Source: Lachnospiraceae bacterium UBA1748
Lineage (GTDB): Bacteria; Bacillota; Clostridia; Lachnospirales; Lachnospiraceae
Assembly: GCA_002314855.1 (NCBI GenBank)
Contig: DCHQ01000039.1
Coordinates: 70,726 to 134,725, forward strand
Reading direction: 5' to 3'
Length of the DNA stretch: 64,000 nt
A program made the translations under genes and the position numbers. The notes beneath the pieces were generated by a model. That model was not told the DNA's origin, did not search any database, and saw only the letters and a list, made by a program, of their open reading frames with translations. Every line of letters begins with the position of its first letter. Positions within the stretch are counted from its first letter, which is position 1. Below are positions 59,705 to 64,000 of the stretch, piece after piece.

Positions 59705-60016
59705 TTAATAAACCCAACTTGTTAATTGTTCTTTATTCATGCTTCCTACAGCTCTTTTCTTTAATACGCCATCTTCAAAAAGTATTAGAGTCGGTACAGA
59801 GCGTACAAAGTATCCTTGTGCCAAGTCACTGTTTTCATCTACGTTAACTTTTCCAATAATGATATTGGATCCGAGTGTATCCTTGACCCATTCAAGTGCT
59901 GGCTGCATTTGGATGCAGTGTCCGCACCATGGTGCCCAGAAATAAACAAGCACTCGCCCAGTGGAGCTCTCCACGATCTTTTTGAAATTGGTATTGGTAA
60001 GTTCTATTATGTCCAT
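59705..60016 (-). CDS. trxA: Thioredoxin
   Basis: FWAPWCGHC, KVNVDE and VRSVPTL motifs. Confidence 0.9.
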   Translation of the reverse strand: MDIIELTNTNFKKIVESSTGRVLVYFWAPWCGHCIQMQPALEWVKDTLGSNIIIGKVNVDENSDLAQGYFVRSVPTLILFEDGVLKKRAVGSMNKEQLTSWVY

Positions 60017-60050
60017 TAAATTATCACCCCCAAGATTGTAATTTTTTAGT

Positions 60051-60126
60051 TTAGATGAAGTGGTAATATGGTAATATTAGGGTTCGAGCAAACGTTTGAT
60101 CTTTGAGTTATTACCACTGCATCTAA
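60051..60126. repeat. Long inverted repeat in divergent intergenic region
   Basis: TTAGATGAAGTGGTAATA (60051-60068) against TATTACCACTGCATCTAA (60109-60126), 17/18 complementary. Confidence 0.85.
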
Positions 60127-60318
60127 TAAGCATATGATAGATGTGAAATGGGAACTGGCATAGATTTTGAAATAGACAAGTAATTAGTTTTTTGCAAAGA
60201 ATAGTATGTTAAAAAGGACAAAGAATTTTAAACTAACAGTATAATGTTTTTTTATAAATAGTACGATATAATGAAGTACTGTGAAAGATTGTGTTATTGT
60301 ATATTACGGAGGTGGAAT

Positions 60319-60591
60319 ATGGAACCAATGTATTTGACAATCCAGCCAGTAGCTACTGGACAACATATCAAGGAAATGCTTTGTGACAATGGCTATACTG
60401 TGAAAGATATTCAAAATGCCATGGGATTTGAAAATCCGCAGGCCATTTACAAATGGATTTCTGGTAAGTCATTACCAAGTATCGACAACTTTATAATACT
60501 AAGCAGATTGCTGCATACAAGTATAGAAGATATCCTCGTCATTGACGGGGATATTGTTATTTTAGGGAAGTTTAAACTGATGGTTGAATGA
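60319..60591 (+). CDS. Small XRE/Cro-like HTH regulator
   Basis: TVKDIQNAMGFENPQAIYKWISGKSLPSIDN..ILSRLL.TSIEDIL. ATG 60319 follows GGAGGT. Confidence 0.88.
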   Translation: MEPMYLTIQPVATGQHIKEMLCDNGYTVKDIQNAMGFENPQAIYKWISGKSLPSIDNFIILSRLLHTSIEDILVIDGDIVILGKFKLMVE

Positions 60592-60680
60592 CAAGGAGTG
60601 ATACGTGATTTATTATGTTTATAGAACGAAGAGATAAATATTGGGTGCTCTCAAATGAGGGGAGCAGAGAGGAGACAATA

Positions 60681-61193
60681 ATGCAGACAATGACATCAGC
60701 ATATGCTAATAAGATGCTTAAAAACTTAGAAGAAACTAAGACATACTACGTTAATAAGGAAGTTTCGTCATGTACTTACGTGGCGAGCGTCAATGAGGAG
60801 CCAGTTATACCTGAGTACGACTACAAAGAAGTGGCCGATACAATTGCGGAGCTTGATGAGAAGATTGCCATCATTAAGCATGCAATTAATCTTCATAATG
60901 CTACTGCTAAGGTGCAGGTAGGCAGTGATGAAATGAGCATCGACACAGTACTTATTAAGATGGCACAGCTTAATAAAAGAAAGGCAGTACTTGATACAAT
61001 GCGTAAGCAGCTTCCTAAGGCGAGAGAGGAGCATGCATACTCGGCTAGAAATGCTGTACCAGAATACAGATATATTAATTATGATCTGGATCTGGTAAAG
61101 AAGGAGTATGAAGATGTATCAAAGAAAATTATGGATATGCAGATGGCTCTGGACAAGTTCAATCAGACTGTAGAGTTTGAAGTGGAAATCTAG
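60681..61193 (+). CDS. Coiled-coil protein, DIP1984/DUF6847-like (170 aa)
   Basis: GAGGAG RBS. All-helical, with IKHAINLHNAT, MSIDTVL and terminal LDKFNQTVEF segments resembling my recollection of the DIP1984 family pattern (INxxN...IQxxNWxxxL). Confidence 0.6.
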   Translation: MQTMTSAYANKMLKNLEETKTYYVNKEVSSCTYVASVNEEPVIPEYDYKEVADTIAELDEKIAIIKHAINLHNATAKVQVGSDEMSIDTVLIKMAQLNKRKAVLDTMRKQLPKAREEHAYSARNAVPEYRYINYDLDLVKKEYEDVSKKIMDMQMALDKFNQTVEFEVEI

Positions 61194-61253
61194 CCTAGGG
61201 CCAGGCATCCATTACTTTCCGTATAAGACTTCTAATTTTTTTGTGGACTAGAA

Positions 61254-61327
61254 GTTATTGTTTATAGTTAAGGCTTATCTGTTATTTCGTCATTTGTTAT
61301 CTGTTTTTGTTTATTGATAGGTTATTC
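61254..61327 (+). repeat. Degenerate ~7-nt-period array, consensus near (G/T)TTAT(T/C)(T/G)
   Basis: Unit cores start at 61255, 61262, 61268, 61275, 61282, 61290, 61297, 61304, 61311 and 61322. Confidence 0.75.
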
Positions 61328-61424
61328 AGAGGATTTAATTAACAGATGTCTTATAGAAAACCTGCAGGAAACTGCGTGCGGAGGTTCGGTTACAAGCACA
61401 TTTTCTTCATTTTAACAGACTAAG

Positions 61425-61452
61425 GGCATTCGCTTATGGCGGATGCTTTTTT
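61425..61452 (+). terminator. Rho-independent terminator
   Basis: GCATTCGC-ttatg-GCGGATGC plus TTTTTT. Confidence 0.8.
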
Positions 61453-61525
61453 GTTGTGGTTTAATTCTTGCTATGCTATAAATGATTTAACTGTAGCTTT
61501 AATACTTATTTTTGGAGGTCATATA

Positions 61526-62302
61526 GTGGAATTAGTGCTTAAAATATTGATATGCTTCTTCGCTGGTGCTGGTGCAGGACTTGGAACTGGATTCGCAGGT
61601 ATGAGCGCGGCAGCAGTAGTAGGACCAATATTAGTGGCTTTTTTAGGAATCCCGCCGTATGAAGCGGTAGGGATTGGTCTTATAAGTGATGTACTAGCTA
61701 GCGCCGTGAGTGCATATACATATAAAAAGAATGGCAATCTGGACGTGAAGAATAGCCTTCCAATGATGCTAAGTGTTCTTATTGTTACTGTGATTGGAAG
61801 TATTGTTGCCAGCTTTCTTCCAGAAAGAGCAATGGGTAGTACTATGCAGATAGCATTAATCTTTATAGGGCTGCGATTTATATTAAAGCCAGTGAATACA
61901 ACTAAAGAACAGATGGCTGCTATTTCGCCAAGAGAACGTCTAATTAAATCTATTATCGGCGGTGTATTTATTGGATTTATATGTGGCTTTGTAGGCGCTG
62001 GTGGTGGCATGATGATGTTGTTTGTTCTTACTTCATTTCTTGGATACCAGATGCATATGGCGGTTGGTACCAGCGTTTTTATTATGGCTTTTACTGCGCT
62101 TACCGGTGGAATAAGCCATTTTGCTATTGGCGGTATTCCTGATATCACTGCCATGATATTATGCGTGGTATTTACACTTATCTGGGCAAGAATTGCAGCG
62201 TATATAGCTAATAAAGCTTCGGCAAAAACACTTAACCGGGTTGTTGGAGTAATAATGATTCTTACAAGTATAGCGATACTTGTTGTTAATAGTTTTAAAT
62301 AG
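61526..62302 (+). CDS. Sulfite exporter TauE/SafE family membrane protein
   Basis: GAGLGTGFAG, GFVGAGGG and AVGTS motifs. GTG 61526 follows GGAGG. Confidence 0.88.
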   Translation: MELVLKILICFFAGAGAGLGTGFAGMSAAAVVGPILVAFLGIPPYEAVGIGLISDVLASAVSAYTYKKNGNLDVKNSLPMMLSVLIVTVIGSIVASFLPERAMGSTMQIALIFIGLRFILKPVNTTKEQMAAISPRERLIKSIIGGVFIGFICGFVGAGGGMMMLFVLTSFLGYQMHMAVGTSVFIMAFTALTGGISHFAIGGIPDITAMILCVVFTLIWARIAAYIANKASAKTLNRVVGVIMILTSIAILVVNSFK

Positions 62303-62346
62303 TATGTATCGAAGGAATGTTGATAAGGATTGGGTAGTGAATATAT

Positions 62347-63531
62347 ATGAAGGAAACGAAGAACTATAAAAAGACACAGGCAGCATGTTATCTGGGTTTT
62401 GTGACACAGGCTATATGCGCAAATTTTGTACCTTTACTTTTTATAACATTTCATAATGACTATGGCATATCTTTTGGTATGCTGGCTCTTGTTTCAACTG
62501 TTTTCTTTGTGACACAGTTGGTTGTAGACTTTTTATGCGCAGGTATAGTTGATAAGCTTGGTTACAGAGTATGTGTAATTGCAGCTGAAGTCACATCGGG
62601 CCTTGGCCTTGCTGGACTAGCTTTATTGCCAGATTTATTCGTAAGGCCATTTTATGGAATTCTTGTATGTGTCATTATATATGCAATAGGAAGCGGATTA
62701 ACGGAAGTATTAGTTAGCCCAATAGTTGAAGCTTGTCCATTTGACAATAAAGAAGCAATGATGAGCCTTCTTCATTCATTTTATTGTTGGGGATGGACTC
62801 TTGTTGTAGTATGTTCGACTATTTTCTTTTCTGTTTTTGGCATAGAGAACTGGAGAATTATGGCGTTAGTATGGTCAATCATACCGCTATATAACATATA
62901 TAATTTTGCTACATGTCCAATAGAACCGTTAGTAGAGGATGGCAAAAGCATGACAATGCGTGAGCTTTTCAAAACTAAAGCGTTTTGGATTTTTATTGTT
63001 CTTATGATTTGTGCAGGTTCTTCGGAAATAGCTATGGCTCAATGGGCATCAGCTTTCGCTGAATCGGCATTACATATATCGAAGACTGTTGGGGATTTGG
63101 CAGGACCTTGTGGATTTGCAATATGTATGGGAATAAGCAGGCTGCTTTATGGTAAGTTTGGAGAAAAAGTGGACCTGACGATTTATATGATGGCTTCAGG
63201 AATAATGTGTCTTGTGTGTTATCTAGTTGCCGGACTGGCTGGTATTCCAATAGTTGGTTTAATTGGCTGCGCCGCATGTGGATTTTCGGTGGGTATAATG
63301 TGGCCAGGATCCATTAGTATTTCATCGAAGATACTTCCGACTGGTGGTACGGCAATGTTCGCATTTCTAGCACTAGCAGGAGATTTAGGTGGAGCAGTAG
63401 GCCCAGCGATTATTGGAAATGTTTCTCAAAAGGCTGCCAATAATTTACAGGCAGGCATACTTGCAGGAATAGGTTTTCCAATCGTTTTAGCAATCGCGGT
63501 ATTATACATACGAGTAAAAGAACGGAATTGA
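62347..63531 (+). CDS. MFS transporter (FucP-like)
   Basis: About 12 TM, VDKLGYR motif A, LLHSFYCWG and ALAGDLGG motifs. Confidence 0.88.
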   Translation: MKETKNYKKTQAACYLGFVTQAICANFVPLLFITFHNDYGISFGMLALVSTVFFVTQLVVDFLCAGIVDKLGYRVCVIAAEVTSGLGLAGLALLPDLFVRPFYGILVCVIIYAIGSGLTEVLVSPIVEACPFDNKEAMMSLLHSFYCWGWTLVVVCSTIFFSVFGIENWRIMALVWSIIPLYNIYNFATCPIEPLVEDGKSMTMRELFKTKAFWIFIVLMICAGSSEIAMAQWASAFAESALHISKTVGDLAGPCGFAICMGISRLLYGKFGEKVDLTIYMMASGIMCLVCYLVAGLAGIPIVGLIGCAACGFSVGIMWPGSISISSKILPTGGTAMFAFLALAGDLGGAVGPAIIGNVSQKAANNLQAGILAGIGFPIVLAIAVLYIRVKERN

Positions 63532-63560
63532 CATGTCTTGAAAGCTTTCGTGACGTAGAT

Positions 63561-63590
63561 AAAAAAAGACCAGGCTAGCTAGCCTGGTCT
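63561..63590. terminator. Terminator between convergent genes (U tract on minus strand)
   Basis: AAAAAAAGACCAGGCT-agct-AGCCTGGTCT. Confidence 0.8.
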
Positions 63591-63623
63591 CAATTATTTA
63601 TTAACTTTGTAGCTTGGTACTAA

Positions 63624-64000
63624 TTAATACTCGTAAGAAGCAATCTCCTCACCGTTTATATCTGTGTACACGTATGAAATCTTCTCTGGAGCAATACCAG
63701 TCTCAGCTTCGATAGCTGCCTTTGTCTGGTCGATTGTAGATTCCATAGACTCCATCTGAGTATCAAGGTCTTCTTTAGTAGTCTCAACGCCTTCAGCAAA
63801 AGCATATACATACTTTACTTCGTTTCCTGTAACTTCAAAATTGATGTCTGAGTAGTAATCAGAGAGTGACTCAACCATAGAATCAAGCTGATCATTGATC
63901 ATTGACATGTTAGTTTCAGAACCATAGTACTCCTCTAATGTTGCAGCCTTAGCTTCTTCAGCATCATCAGCTTCAACTTCTTCAGCATCTTCTTCAACAG
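63624..64000 (-). CDS. Acidic exported protein, DUF4854-like (5'-truncated by window edge)
   Basis: Frame is open to the window end (VEEDAEEVEADD...ATLEEYY). C-terminal V.GNEV.YVY...YTDINGEEIAS. Confidence 0.6.
   Translation of the reverse strand, partial: VEEDAEEVEADDAEEAKAATLEEYYGSETNMSMINDQLDSMVESLSDYYSDINFEVTGNEVKYVYAFAEGVETTKEDLDTQMESMESTIDQTKAAIEAETGIAPEKISYVYTDINGEEIASYEY

Larger units (their letters stand above)
61200..61452 (+). ncRNA. Candidate structured RNA (long 3' UTR or ncRNA) with internal ~7-nt repeat array
   Basis: TATAAGAC (61222-29) pairs with GTCTTATA (61348-55) around the repeats at 61254-61327. GCAG-GAAA-CTGC hairpin at 61364-75. Ends in a terminator. Confidence 0.55.

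Noticed and set aside
56727-61193. Prophage or integrative element suggested by three XRE genes
   Set aside because: No integrase, terminase, structural, relaxase or transposase genes, and no att-like direct repeats were seen.
61254-61327. Repeat array as a CRISPR array
   Set aside because: Units are about 7 nt and degenerate, with no unique spacers and no cas genes in the window.
61361-61400. GGTTCG near small hairpins as a tRNA T-loop or tRNA-like element
   Set aside because: No cloverleaf, no canonical T-stem (GGTTCGAATCC) and no acceptor stem with CCA could be built.
61436-61525. N-terminal extension of the TauE ORF
   Set aside because: It starts inside the terminator hairpin. GTG 61526 has a GGAGG RBS.
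547-63277. Many short antisense or out-of-frame ORFs in the track (e.g. 39798-40355, 61519-62154, 38158-38703, 34138-34605)
   Set aside because: They lie within or largely overlap well-supported genes, lack RBSs and recognisable motifs, and are the expected shadow ORFs.

Overview
AT-rich Firmicute chromosomal segment whose gene content and order suggest Lachnospiraceae (Butyrivibrio/Pseudobutyrivibrio-like; this is an inference). About 1-34 kb is mostly housekeeping: a FecBCD-type ABC transporter with ModE-like and MocA-like genes, birA, a polar amino-acid ABC transporter, fused secDF, a FabT-regulated fatty-acid synthesis cluster (fused accDA, no accB/accC, a second FabK-like flavoprotein carrying a Cys motif), thrH, a membrane-anchored trigger-factor paralog and the recJ-priA-def-fmt-rsmB-rlmN-stp-pknB-rsgA-rpe run. 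About 34-64 kb is accessory: lipase, L,D-transpeptidase, two MATE pumps, ECF sigma/anti-sigma, FecR protein, orphan solute-binding protein, YtrA-type ABC operon, MBOAT/SGNH acylation cluster, GGDEF protein, two XRE regulators, a trx-SOR-TspO redox operon, TauE and MFS genes. I saw no rRNA, tRNA, CRISPR array, transposase or integrase. The most unusual element is at 60.3-61.45 kb: an XRE HTH gene, a DIP1984/DUF6847-like coiled-coil gene, then a ~250-nt structured non-coding region in which a long stem encloses about ten ~7-nt-period TTAT-type repeats, followed by a GAAA-tetraloop hairpin and a terminator. This is a candidate protein-plus-RNA system. All family calls come from motif recognition by eye, not database searches.
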